A program made the position numbers and the translations under genes. A model generated the notes under the pieces. It had not been told where the DNA came from. It worked only from the letters and a program-made list of their open reading frames with translations, and made no database searches. Source: a virus. From it: a stretch of DNA of 64,000 bases. Position 1 is the first letter of the stretch. Each line of letters starts with the position of its first letter. The stretch spans positions 62,448-126,447 of IMG/VR virus record IMGVR_UViG_3300042691_037870; one strand, given 5' to 3'. Shown in pieces: positions 1-9,709 of this stretch.

Positions 1-2864
1 GACACATTTACAAGTGCACCTACTGGAATATTAGGTGCATCACTATAAGGTTTAACTGTGTCGGAATCATTAAAGTAACTTATAGGTGCTGATTCATATT
101 CTTTAACAGTAAGAGTTGCTGTTGGTGTTAAGCCTGTAATACTATCCCATAAGAATTGAATCGTAGGATATGTTGCATATCTTTTACCTAAATCAAAGAG
201 GGTAACTTCTTGTAATTCAAAAGGTATTTCAGTAGCTGCTATTTCAAAACCTATTGCATCGACAGGAATTTCATATTGATTACCTACAGGTCTAACAACT
301 GTTCTTTGAGAAAACGTAGTTGGTAAACTCGTATAATTGCTTCCTTGTTGAGGACCTGCATTAATCTGTATATCAGTGACAGACCCATTAACATCTACAG
401 CGGTTACTTCAATACGAAACGGTATTTCATAGGAACCACCACTTAATGTTATAATATCACCTGCTTGATAATCAGCACCAGCAGGAGTAATTGAATATGA
501 AGCGATTGCCATTGCTTTAACTCGACAACGACCTCTTGCTTGCTGAACAGCTGATCCTGGAAAAGTAACTTGTGGGATTTCTCCATAAAAGTTACCACCC
601 GCCCCTGTTACTATTACATCATTAATATCATAATAAGTGGAATAAGGTAAAAGTGAATTGTCAACTTCAGGTGTAAGTAATCCTCCTAAACGGTCATACG
701 GTCTAAGATCAATAATTTGAGATTTTTTATCATACGTAAAATCAAGTTTCTTACCAGAGTTTACAATTAATCTGTCATTTCGATCACTCCAAGAATTAAT
801 TGCGTATCTTTCATAATAAACACCTTCACCAGTAATATCAACAATTCTTGTATTAAGTGGTAAGAATTTTTCTTTTAAGTAGGCCTTTAAAGCAAATAGC
901 TTAATAAGAACTTCTTCATTGGTGTAGGCAAATGCATCTTCAGTAATTGGGATACCGAATTCATCAGTATCTCCAGAATCACGATTAATGTCATAAAATA
1001 AACCAAAAAGATTTGTTTTCTTATAGTGTTTACTTGGTAAAAGATTAATCTGTTCTGGACTTACCTTTTTATTCTTAAGTTGTAAAGTTATAGGAACTTG
1101 ACGATATCTATTAAAATAAGTATCATCTGCATTTACATTTAACCAATATTCTTTAATACGAATATCATAATAACCAAACCAATTAATGATATTTACAAGA
1201 CCTTTATACGAACCTACATACGGCCATATTTGGTCTCCTTGTAATAGCATTTCTTTTCTTTTCTGGTTTAACAGAATATAATCAGGATTATCTTCATTAA
1301 TATCAGAATCTCTTAATATTAATTCTTGGTCAATTGTGATGTCTCTACCAAAGTTTTCTAAAAGTAATCCTAATCTTTCGTCTTCAGCAATTACTTCACA
1401 TTCAATAGGGATTTCTAATAATATTGGACTGTAATTGCTAAAAGTAGTATCAGAGATTTTTAGATACCCTACGTAAGAGCCTTCCACATCAGCTTGAATC
1501 CCATAGTTAATTTGTAGTAACCTTTTTTCTAAATCTTCAAACACAATACGTATCCATTCATCATTTTGGGCTGTAAATGAATCAGGCATTGTGGCAAGAC
1601 TGGCATCAGTTAACTCAAAACTAATCTCTTTTGACTTTTGAATCGTAGGGTAATCTGTGCCATATTCTACTTCATATAAAAACCATTCTGGGTCAGATGA
1701 TCTATCAAGAGATGCTGTAAATTGTGGAATAACACTATAATATGTAAAATATGATGCTGATGAATTTAAAGTACTACTAAAAGATAATGTATAAGTGCTT
1801 AATGCAGTAATTGTATGAATTCCTGCAAGAGGCCCTGCATTAATGTTAATTTTAGATCCTACTTTTAAATTATGACTAACATAAAAAGTAAAACTAATAT
1901 TTGTGCCTTCAGCAACATCGTTATTTAATGTAACTTCGCCTATAGTAGGTTCAATATTTTTTATAACAGTTCCATCTGGGACACCGTTACCAAAAACTGT
2001 CATACCTACTATAAGATTACCTGTTACTCCTAAATTAAGTTCATTGATCTTATTTAGAGATTTGCCATGTACATTACCTGTAGTTGTGTATGTGGCGATT
2101 GCGACGGTTGCTGATGTGCCATTTGCCGCATAAGAATCGATATAAAAAGGACCGTATTCTTCAACACGAGGGTGTGTATAACCTATTCTATACTTATCTA
2201 TTGGAGTATTTGTTTGCGTAGAAATAGCAGGTTTATTAATTGTAACTGTTTGATTAAGCAAATCGACCTGTGTAATATAAGTATCGTCATTTAAGCTAAT
2301 ACCTGCTATTCTTACACCTACTAAACTTGTGTCAATAAGCGTAAAAGTTGGGGTAATAATGTTTGAATCAATAACAGTATTCCAAGTTGAAGTACCAATA
2401 TATTCCCATACTTTTTCAATTAAAAATAAGCTATCTGACTGAATTAAGCCAGCAGAAACAGGTTCAAGAAAGTAAGCTGAAAACCCTGAAATAGTAGGAT
2501 ACTTAAAGTAAAATTTATTTACCAAAGAAGAAGAAACTATATCAACAGACTGTATGCTTCCACCTGCTGTAAAAGTTATATATGAAGAATCAATCTTAAA
2601 AGTTGTTAAAGTAGTAGCTGTTAAATCAGTATTTAATAATGACATATTTTGTACTTGAATATAAGTATCAGCGCTATATCCAAAACCTCCATCAATAATA
2701 GATAAATGAACTATCTTGCCTTCATAATTTGAATAAACTTTTAAGACAGCATTTTTACCTTCACCTCTGGGATCAATTGCTATTGCAGTTGTCTCATCAA
2801 TAGTTGAAGGATTAATGTTATTTCCTTTCTTATTAAAAAACTTAAATTGATTATTTATTAACAT
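1..2864 (-). CDS. Large baseplate wedge/structural protein (gp7-like), truncated at the window edge
   Basis: Not in the ORF track because no stop lies in the window. ATG at 2862-2864 overlaps the upstream TAA. Reads MLINNQFKFFNKKG... and includes ...YVGSYKGLVNIINWFGYYDIRIKEYW..., resembling wedge/P2-gpI-like segments. Lies downstream of the gp6-like gene. Confidence 0.65.
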   Translation of the reverse strand, partial: MLINNQFKFFNKKGNNINPSTIDETTAIAIDPRGEGKNAVLKVYSNYEGKIVHLSIIDGGFGYSADTYIQVQNMSLLNTDLTATTLTTFKIDSSYITFTAGGSIQSVDIVSSSLVNKFYFKYPTISGFSAYFLEPVSAGLIQSDSLFLIEKVWEYIGTSTWNTVIDSNIITPTFTLIDTSLVGVRIAGISLNDDTYITQVDLLNQTVTINKPAISTQTNTPIDKYRIGYTHPRVEEYGPFYIDSYAANGTSATVAIATYTTTGNVHGKSLNKINELNLGVTGNLIVGMTVFGNGVPDGTVIKNIEPTIGEVTLNNDVAEGTNISFTFYVSHNLKVGSKININAGPLAGIHTITALSTYTLSFSSTLNSSASYFTYYSVIPQFTASLDRSSDPEWFLYEVEYGTDYPTIQKSKEISFELTDASLATMPDSFTAQNDEWIRIVFEDLEKRLLQINYGIQADVEGSYVGYLKISDTTFSNYSPILLEIPIECEVIAEDERLGLLLENFGRDITIDQELILRDSDINEDNPDYILLNQKRKEMLLQGDQIWPYVGSYKGLVNIINWFGYYDIRIKEYWLNVNADDTYFNRYRQVPITLQLKNKKVSPEQINLLPSKHYKKTNLFGLFYDINRDSGDTDEFGIPITEDAFAYTNEEVLIKLFALKAYLKEKFLPLNTRIVDITGEGVYYERYAINSWSDRNDRLIVNSGKKLDFTYDKKSQIIDLRPYDRLGGLLTPEVDNSLLPYSTYYDINDVIVTGAGGNFYGEIPQVTFPGSAVQQARGRCRVKAMAIASYSITPAGADYQAGDIITLSGGSYEIPFRIEVTAVDVNGSVTDIQINAGPQQGSNYTSLPTTFSQRTVVRPVGNQYEIPVDAIGFEIAATEIPFELQEVTLFDLGKRYATYPTIQFLWDSITGLTPTATLTVKEYESAPISYFNDSDTVKPYSDAPNIPVGALVNV

Positions 2865-3133
2865 TAGTTAAGATACTTGTAGTTTTTATCAACTGTGTAA
2901 TTCATTGCTTTTTTTATAAGACTTACACGATCAATCATATAAACCATTAAAATTTTCATTTGGTTTATGAAATTCTCTCTCTTTTTATCAGATAAAAGAT
3001 ATGAAGAAACCGACTTATTAAATAGGTTAGTTCTCCAGTCATAACCCGTGTACTTTAAATTATCTTGTAGATGTATCATATATTGATAATAACTTTGACG
3101 AACTAAATATCTACCTTTTCTTGGATCAGCCAT
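2864..3133 (-). CDS. Small hypothetical protein in baseplate operon
   Basis: 89 aa ORF tightly coupled to both neighbours. Confidence 0.7.
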   Translation of the reverse strand: MADPRKGRYLVRQSYYQYMIHLQDNLKYTGYDWRTNLFNKSVSSYLLSDKKRENFINQMKILMVYMIDRVSLIKKAMNYTVDKNYKYLN

Positions 3134-3136
3134 ATC

Positions 3137-4828
3137 TTATTGATTTTTTATTGCGTCTACATTAATTCTATGCAATTCCATATTTATTGTAAACTCTGAA
3201 TCTTTACCAAAAACAATATTAATACTACCAGGTTTTGACGCATCGGTAGTATCATAATATTCAAATCCTTTACGATCTTTCCAACCACCACGAATAAGTG
3301 CATACTCACCACGACCTATTAATATGTCTCCATATTCATCAAGACCTTTAGGTGGCTCGTTTGCATTTGCTATGTCAGTTTTAAATGCTTCATTCTCTTC
3401 ACTTACAAACCAAACATTTACAGAATCCACACCTTCAACAGATTCTATAATAGAAACTAAGTCAGACTTAGGAATTTTATCACGTCTACGATTCTTTAAG
3501 AAATAGTCAGAACATTTAGAAACTACCGCTTGACGAATGATATCTTTACTATATCCTTCATAAGCAGCAATTTTAATGTTAACTACATACTTCTTAACAA
3601 TAGGATCAACAATTTTTACAACTGTCGTTAAAATCTTTTGCCCACTTTCCTCTATCAGATTATAGATCTTGGTTTTTTCTTCTTCGGATAATAAGAATAA
3701 ATTAAGAGGGGTGTTAAAATAATCAGCATTTGTAGGTTTTCTTTTATTTACGTCAGGTATTAAGAAAAGATAAACTACATTATCATCAGATATGTCATTA
3801 TCGCTAAACGTACTAAATGCATCAATAACACTAAACATATTAAATCTTTCTAAGAAATATACATAGTTATCAGCATTTGCTAAAACATACGCACGACTAG
3901 TTTTAGGAGCAAGAATCCTTGTTAAGAACAATGGTTCACTGTCAGCACCAAAGTTAATAGGCAAACCAATACGAATATTAAGTGCTTGGTTTAAATCAAC
4001 AGTTTCACCTGCAAGATCAAACCCATCATCCAGAAAAGTAAATTTAGGTTGTGAATTATTAAAAATGTTTCCGCCATTACCCGCAGTTGTTAAGTATTCA
4101 ACACGAATTGTAAAACCTAAATTTGGTATATTCCCGAAGTAACCATTTCCAAAGTAAATATCAACACCATCGCTAATTCCTGTCTTAACCACTACGCCTT
4201 TTCCTTCGTAAGGAATGTCATAAAGAGAATCATATACTTTCCATCTTTCATTATTTACAAAAACATTAATTATGTTGTTGTCCATCTGATAACCTTTTTT
4301 AGGTTTAATTGTATATGATTGCATAGGCAACCCTGTAGATGTTACTTGTTGCGATTCAATTTCACCTTGCACAACTTTAACTTCAACAGATTTGTTTCCT
4401 GTAAGTTCAAGACGAGTTTCTTCTGTGTTTAGAACTATTAGATACGGTAACCCAGTGCCTGCATTAACTAATCGGGTATAATTAGGTATAATGACAGTAT
4501 TTCCGTACATATCAATTTCATTACCGCTGTAAGATAATATAGCTGTTCCTGTGGCTGAAATTGCACGTGTAGGATTATGTCCCGCGATTCTTGCAAGACC
4601 TTTAATGGAAACTTCTCGAGATGCAGTGTAAATGTTTAGTTCAGTGATGCTGTCTTCAATGTAATAAAAAATAAGTTTACCCATGTCAAGTATTACGGAC
4701 AGTAACTGTCCATAGGCACTTGCTGGGCTAAACACTTCACCTACTTGTTGAAATTGTGTAGTAAGATAACTTCTAACATCAGTATACAACTGCTCAAAAG
4801 TTATCCTATTAACTTTAAAAATTTCCAT
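3137..4828 (-). CDS. Baseplate wedge subunit (T4 gp6 / baseplate J-like)
   Basis: N-terminal LARIAGHNPTRAISA and IYFGNGYFGNIP...IRVEYLTTAGNGGN motifs typical of gp6-like proteins; next to the gp25-like gene. Confidence 0.85.
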   Translation of the reverse strand: MEIFKVNRITFEQLYTDVRSYLTTQFQQVGEVFSPASAYGQLLSVILDMGKLIFYYIEDSITELNIYTASREVSIKGLARIAGHNPTRAISATGTAILSYSGNEIDMYGNTVIIPNYTRLVNAGTGLPYLIVLNTEETRLELTGNKSVEVKVVQGEIESQQVTSTGLPMQSYTIKPKKGYQMDNNIINVFVNNERWKVYDSLYDIPYEGKGVVVKTGISDGVDIYFGNGYFGNIPNLGFTIRVEYLTTAGNGGNIFNNSQPKFTFLDDGFDLAGETVDLNQALNIRIGLPINFGADSEPLFLTRILAPKTSRAYVLANADNYVYFLERFNMFSVIDAFSTFSDNDISDDNVVYLFLIPDVNKRKPTNADYFNTPLNLFLLSEEEKTKIYNLIEESGQKILTTVVKIVDPIVKKYVVNIKIAAYEGYSKDIIRQAVVSKCSDYFLKNRRRDKIPKSDLVSIIESVEGVDSVNVWFVSEENEAFKTDIANANEPPKGLDEYGDILIGRGEYALIRGGWKDRKGFEYYDTTDASKPGSINIVFGKDSEFTINMELHRINVDAIKNQ

Positions 4829-4838
4829 CTATATCTTT

Positions 4839-5201
4839 TTATTTTGCCATGACTCCGATATACTTTGTCCCGTTAATGTATATATCTATGAAGCAAAAAT
4901 CTCTTACTTCTCCAGGTTGGAAATTTACTTCCACCGTTACATCATATTTTCCGGACTCAGGTACATATGCAGCAAGCTGATCATAAAAAGATCTTTGCAA
5001 CTGTGCAGTATTTGCTTGAAATTCAAATAACTGTTCTTCTAAGTTTAAACCCAAACCAGGGAATCCAAGAACTTCACCACGAGTAGTAAATATAATCATA
5101 CGGATTTTAGTTAAAAGTGCTTCTAATTCACTTGAAGTTTCTAACTGGGTAGGTCTGTAACTGGGGTCATTAATATTTCTACAATAAAGTTCCTTTAACA
5201 T
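4839..5201 (-). CDS. Baseplate wedge/sheath initiator (gp25-like)
   Basis: IRMIIFTTRGEVLGFPGLGLNL..LFE matches the gp25/GPW pattern; 120 aa. Confidence 0.8.
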   Translation of the reverse strand: MLKELYCRNINDPSYRPTQLETSSELEALLTKIRMIIFTTRGEVLGFPGLGLNLEEQLFEFQANTAQLQRSFYDQLAAYVPESGKYDVTVEVNFQPGEVRDFCFIDIYINGTKYIGVMAK

Positions 5202-5204
5202 ATA

Positions 5205-5936
5205 TTAGTGGAAGATGAAGAACCAATCTGGTGAGTTTTCATCATCTATTTTTTGTTTAATTTCATCTAATTCTTCTTTACCTTCATCACGAATAGATGA
5301 AGCATCAATCTGAATCCCACCCGGAAGATTAAAAGTAAATGTTCCAAGAATTCTTGCTAAAGATATTTTTGCTTGAGCTGTCACCCAACGCTGAAAAAAC
5401 CAATCATCGTATAATTTGTTTTCTTCTATCTTAGAGTATGTCTGAATAAAAACATTTCTTTTAGGATCTCTACCTAAAATCTTTAATCTTTTTGTATTAC
5501 GATTAAAGTCAAATGAAATTCTTTCAAGAATAAAGGCTTGTGTTAAATCCCAATAAGAATATTGAGCAGTTCTAAGAACCAAGTCATCGGATTGAAACGG
5601 AGATAAGAATAATTCTGAAGCAAGAAGACGATTATCAGAAAAATCACGGTCAACAGTACCAAGTCTACCACCACCTGTTACTTCTTTAACTTCAAATACA
5701 CTAATTACACAATCAGGTAACAGTATGCTACGATACTTTTTAAACTCAGGATCTGAAAACCATTTTCTTTCAATAATGTAATATTGTGTTTCAACAGCAG
5801 GACCATAATTGGCATAAAACCAATTAAGTGCCTGGTCAATTATACGATTAGCTTCTCTCTCAGGTACAGAATACGGAAGTGCTCCACTACCTGTGATTTC
5901 AGCAGTCATCATATCTATAAGTTCTGCTCTTGTCAT
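5205..5936 (-). CDS. Neck protein (gp13-like head-tail adaptor)
   Basis: C-terminal WVTAQAKISLARILGTFTFNLPGGIQID...EGKEEL resembles the T4 gp13 C-terminus. Confidence 0.75.
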   Translation of the reverse strand: MTRAELIDMMTAEITGSGALPYSVPEREANRIIDQALNWFYANYGPAVETQYYIIERKWFSDPEFKKYRSILLPDCVISVFEVKEVTGGGRLGTVDRDFSDNRLLASELFLSPFQSDDLVLRTAQYSYWDLTQAFILERISFDFNRNTKRLKILGRDPKRNVFIQTYSKIEENKLYDDWFFQRWVTAQAKISLARILGTFTFNLPGGIQIDASSIRDEGKEELDEIKQKIDDENSPDWFFIFH

Positions 5937-5939
5937 ATT

Positions 5940-6188
5940 TTAAGAAAGTACAACAATCTCTGTTGCTCCTATTTTTTTAGCTTCACCCTTTGCCCATTTT
6001 ACAGCATCAGTATACATCATTGCAGAAGGAGTGTAAACATCCATTTCTGTTTGATGACCTTGTAGTTTAAATGCCCACATACCTTTACCACTTGGTTTTT
6101 TGCCATGTGCGCCTTGATACTTATTAGTATTTACTTCTACCCCTTCATTAAGAAATTCTTCAAATAATTGTATATGTTTCATAATCAT
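5940..6188 (-). CDS. Small putative internal head protein with capsid-targeting-like N-terminus
   Basis: MKHIQLFEEFLNE N-terminus (probable start 6182). Confidence 0.65.
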   Translation of the reverse strand: MIMKHIQLFEEFLNEGVEVNTNKYQGAHGKKPSGKGMWAFKLQGHQTEMDVYTPSAMMYTDAVKWAKGEAKKIGATEIVVLS

Positions 6189-6196
6189 TTATTTTT

Positions 6197-6937
6197 TTAA
6201 TCCCAAACTTCTGTATAAGTTCCACCTACAATCATAACACCTTGTTTCCAATCAAAATCTAAACGATCCTTCTTAAAGAAAAAGTGATTCTTAATAATAT
6301 TTTCAGTTTCTTCTTCAGTTTTCCCAAAAGCAATATTAAGATCCTTAATTACATATGCCTTATCATACGATTTTGTAATATGTGTAGATGCATGTCTACC
6401 AATACCTTGATCTCGTGTATTGATTGTTTTATAATTTGCTGTTGAAGGTTTCCAGAATTGTAAGATTCTTCTAATTAAATCATCATTAAGAGGCTGTTTT
6501 TGAGAAAATCTAATCCAATCTTTAATCTCTTTTGAAATATTTGATTTTCTTGGGTTACTTAAGTTAAAACTTTTATAGTTATTGATATAATCAACTCCAG
6601 CAACACCAATACCACCCATTGCTTCTTTAGGAGAAGCATTACTGATAACTTCATAATATGTAACAGATGCTTTTATATACATTCCGCTAATATTACAATT
6701 TTGTAAAATCTTAGCACGTTTAGGATCTAACCAACTCCAGTCATCAGTTTGGTAACGATTAGAAACTCCAACATATCCATTTTTGTAATCATAGTACTTA
6801 TCATTCTTACCATTCATTTGGTAAGAAACGTTTCTGAAATTGGAAAGCATTGCTTTCTCAAGATCATTGGCTAACATCATACCTTCTGGATTTTCAGCCT
6901 CATTAAGAAAATTTTCGTATAACTTTATGTATTTCAT
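6197..6937 (-). CDS. Putative internal head protein with capsid-targeting-like N-terminus
   Basis: MKYIKLYENFLNEA N-terminus; no other motif recognised. Confidence 0.65.
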   Translation of the reverse strand: MKYIKLYENFLNEAENPEGMMLANDLEKAMLSNFRNVSYQMNGKNDKYYDYKNGYVGVSNRYQTDDWSWLDPKRAKILQNCNISGMYIKASVTYYEVISNASPKEAMGGIGVAGVDYINNYKSFNLSNPRKSNISKEIKDWIRFSQKQPLNDDLIRRILQFWKPSTANYKTINTRDQGIGRHASTHITKSYDKAYVIKDLNIAFGKTEEETENIIKNHFFFKKDRLDFDWKQGVMIVGGTYTEVWD

Positions 6938-8328
6938 TATTCTTTATCTTTTTTCTTTTTGTCTTCGTCTTTCTCAATTTCCTGTTCTCCAGGTTTCTTG
7001 ATAGTTTCTACAATTAAGGTTTCTTTGGATATTTTTGCTAACTTACCAATTTCACCATTACGAATAACCCCACGATTAACTTCACAGTTAATCATATCTT
7101 TTTTGTTCTCAATAAAACAATCATTACATACATTTGTAATATGCAAAGGTGTATCAGCAACTTTAGAAAATTCAAACTTGTTTGATTTCATTGCATAACA
7201 GTTTGCAATTCTGGAGTTTAAGATAGTACAATTATAAAACCAACAACCTTCAATTACTCCTTGAACTTCACAGTTAATAAATTCGATATCAGTTGCACGA
7301 CAGTTTACAACTTTGGTATTTTGAACTTGAAAACGTCCTGTTTCTGTGTCATAATTAAATTCACCTTTTGTCATACCTCCAGTAACTATCAAGGCAAATA
7401 ACTTATCTCGTAAAATACCCCATACTGACTGTAAAGTTTGATCATCATTAATTAAATCAATTGAAACTTTAATATCAGGGAAGTGTCTTTTAAATTCACC
7501 ATACTTAATAAATGATTTGTAAATAGGTTCTTGTTTACCCATGATGTCTTTAAATTTAGCACGGTCTGAATCCGACCAATTACCATTAAAGTTAATAGTC
7601 TTATACAAATGAATTAAGTAGTAGTCAATAAGATCCAATATTTTTCGGGTTTTCTTATGATAGTTTTCACCACCCATATATCGATACTCCAAATAACCCT
7701 TTTCAGCTTTGGTAAAGTTTACTCCGTAGTACTTTTCATCAGGCAATCTTAAAGTTGCTTTACTAAAATCTTCAAGTGATGGAGAATAAAACATTACATC
7801 ATTAGGGCGGATTTCCTTAATACTTCTTGCATAAACAGAATCTTTTCTGTTTGGAAACACATCATAAACACGCTTTTCATCAAAGTCAAGAATAAACTTT
7901 GTAATATTCATTTTAGATATGTCAATAGGTAAAGGAATCTTATTACCGTCTAAGCTACAATTTGCATGTATTGAGCATCTTTCATTTGTGTAACCATTAT
8001 CAGCGATCCATTCAAATACTTTAATGATTGTATTACGTGCATCTTTATAAGCCATAGGACCAGTAACAAGTTCACACATATTTTTACCACCTGAATAGTC
8101 AGGTTCAAGTTTAAATACATCAGATGTTGGTGTGATAGGTGAATGATACAAAGGTTTTGGATCAGTGATGTTATTCAAATTCATTGGAATAACAATTCTT
8201 TTCTTAACATATTTTGCTAATTCACGAGCAGTTTCAACAAGTGGTAAATTTGAATAAAATTCAAATTCGATTCCAACTTTACCAGTCTCAAGGATCTCAG
8301 CATCAGTATATGACTTTTTAATTTTCAT
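6937..8328 (-). CDS. Putative amidoligase (COOH-NH2 ligase, Amidoligase_2-like) with C-terminal beta-helix-like repeats
   Basis: GIEFEF, D-x-S...ELVT, CSIH, KYYGVN and LEYR motifs; Cys/Asn-rich pentapeptide-like tail. Confidence 0.8.
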   Translation of the reverse strand: MKIKKSYTDAEILETGKVGIEFEFYSNLPLVETARELAKYVKKRIVIPMNLNNITDPKPLYHSPITPTSDVFKLEPDYSGGKNMCELVTGPMAYKDARNTIIKVFEWIADNGYTNERCSIHANCSLDGNKIPLPIDISKMNITKFILDFDEKRVYDVFPNRKDSVYARSIKEIRPNDVMFYSPSLEDFSKATLRLPDEKYYGVNFTKAEKGYLEYRYMGGENYHKKTRKILDLIDYYLIHLYKTINFNGNWSDSDRAKFKDIMGKQEPIYKSFIKYGEFKRHFPDIKVSIDLINDDQTLQSVWGILRDKLFALIVTGGMTKGEFNYDTETGRFQVQNTKVVNCRATDIEFINCEVQGVIEGCWFYNCTILNSRIANCYAMKSNKFEFSKVADTPLHITNVCNDCFIENKKDMINCEVNRGVIRNGEIGKLAKISKETLIVETIKKPGEQEIEKDEDKKKKDKE

Positions 8329-8359
8329 TGGGATTTGTATCTTTTGTATCTTTGTATAT

Positions 8360-8367
8360 TATTTATC
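8360..8367 (-). promoter_or_regulatory. Late promoter-like motif GATAAATA
   Basis: T4 late-promoter-like octamer 32 nt upstream of the amidoligase start. Confidence 0.55.
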
Positions 8368-8408
8368 TCTAAGAAAGAATTGGTTTTTGGATTTTAAGAA
8401 AAACTTAT

Positions 8409-8441
8409 AAAAAAATGGGACAGCTTTAAACAGTCCCATTT
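8409..8441 (-). terminator. Intrinsic terminator after the bS1-like gene
   Basis: AAATGGGAC/GTCCCATTT stem followed by a U-tract on the minus strand. Confidence 0.75.
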
Positions 8442-8461
8442 ACATTTATTTGTTTTAAGAA

Positions 8462-9667
8462 TTAAGATTCATTAGGCAATGACAAAAACACTTTATCATT
8501 ATGTACACGATCAATTGAAACCATCACTGTATCACCCACATTAAAGAATTTTTTCTTGGTTTTAATTTCTTTCTGTGCAATTAATCCCACGATATCTTTC
8601 TGTAATTTTACAAGTGCTCCAAACGGTTGAATTGAAACAACTTCTCCACCGCGAATAATTCCAATGTTTTGTTCTTTAAACTCTTCAAGTTCTTTTCTTC
8701 TGAAAGAAGGATCTTCATCAGAAAGAATAATTTTCTTATCAGGTGTGATTTCTTTAATCCAAAACTCAATTTCATCACCTGCATTAAATTCAAAGTTCTT
8801 AAACTTATCTTTAAGAACAGATGACATTTTACTACTGTGAAGTAACCCTGTAAAGATTTCATCAAACTCAACAAAGATACCATACTTTGCAAGACCTGTA
8901 ATAGTACCTGTGTATTTTTTCTCAACATCAAGTTCTTCAATTTTTGTAGGAAGAACGTGTGTAAGATATTTCTTATATGAAAATACAAATGTACTACTTT
9001 CAGTTAAGTAATCTTCAACCATCACAGGAACGGTTTTCCCAATCATACTATCAAAATCACGTACAATATTAGCAGCAGCAAGAGATCCTGGTAAGAAACC
9101 GTCAATGCCTTGAACTGAAATAATAAACCCACCTTGATTCTTACCTGTAATTTTTCCATAGTAAGCACTTGTAGGTTTTGCAATTTGTGAAAAGAATTCA
9201 TCTTTAATATGTTTAAGATGTCCTTCATATAGTGAAACCTTTACATAAGGTTTTACCATTTCAACTATTGTACAATAATCTTGAGCAATAAAGTTTCTAC
9301 GCCCTTCTTCATCAGATAAACTTAAGACAAGATCGCCTTCTGTAATTCCTAACATAGAAAAGAATTTCTTTTCTTGTTCTAAATTAATTACAGCATCAAT
9401 AAATCCTGTTAGCGTTACATTAAGATTTCTTTCTTTACCAACTCGTACATCAACGATTTTGTACATTTCGCCATTCTTAGGTTCTTTATTGGCTACTTCA
9501 GTAATATTTTCATAAAGCTTTGCAAGATCTTCTGCATATGCTTCATGACAATATATGTTGGTTTTGTATTTAGAAGATAGTTTTTTGTTGGGAATCAACT
9601 TTCCATTTGTTGCAAGCACGTCCCACTCGAGCTCACTGAAAAAGTCATTTTGTTTTTTTAGTTCCAT
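8462..9667 (-). CDS. rpsA: Ribosomal protein bS1-like protein (3+ S1 OB domains)
   Basis: GKITGKNQGGFIISVQGIDGFLPGS, GTITGLAKYGIFVEF..FTGLLHSS and GEVVSIQPFGALVKL..IVGLI are tandem S1 repeats. Confidence 0.85.
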   Translation of the reverse strand: MELKKQNDFFSELEWDVLATNGKLIPNKKLSSKYKTNIYCHEAYAEDLAKLYENITEVANKEPKNGEMYKIVDVRVGKERNLNVTLTGFIDAVINLEQEKKFFSMLGITEGDLVLSLSDEEGRRNFIAQDYCTIVEMVKPYVKVSLYEGHLKHIKDEFFSQIAKPTSAYYGKITGKNQGGFIISVQGIDGFLPGSLAAANIVRDFDSMIGKTVPVMVEDYLTESSTFVFSYKKYLTHVLPTKIEELDVEKKYTGTITGLAKYGIFVEFDEIFTGLLHSSKMSSVLKDKFKNFEFNAGDEIEFWIKEITPDKKIILSDEDPSFRRKELEEFKEQNIGIIRGGEVVSIQPFGALVKLQKDIVGLIAQKEIKTKKKFFNVGDTVMVSIDRVHNDKVFLSLPNES

Positions 9668-9681
9668 ATATTGAATTTTTG

Positions 9682-9689
9682 TATATATC
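9682..9689 (-). promoter_or_regulatory. Late promoter-like motif GATATATA
   Basis: Recurrent octamer, 15 nt upstream of the bS1-like start. Confidence 0.6.
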
Positions 9690-9709
9690 TGAGATCAAAT
9701 AGGCATTTT

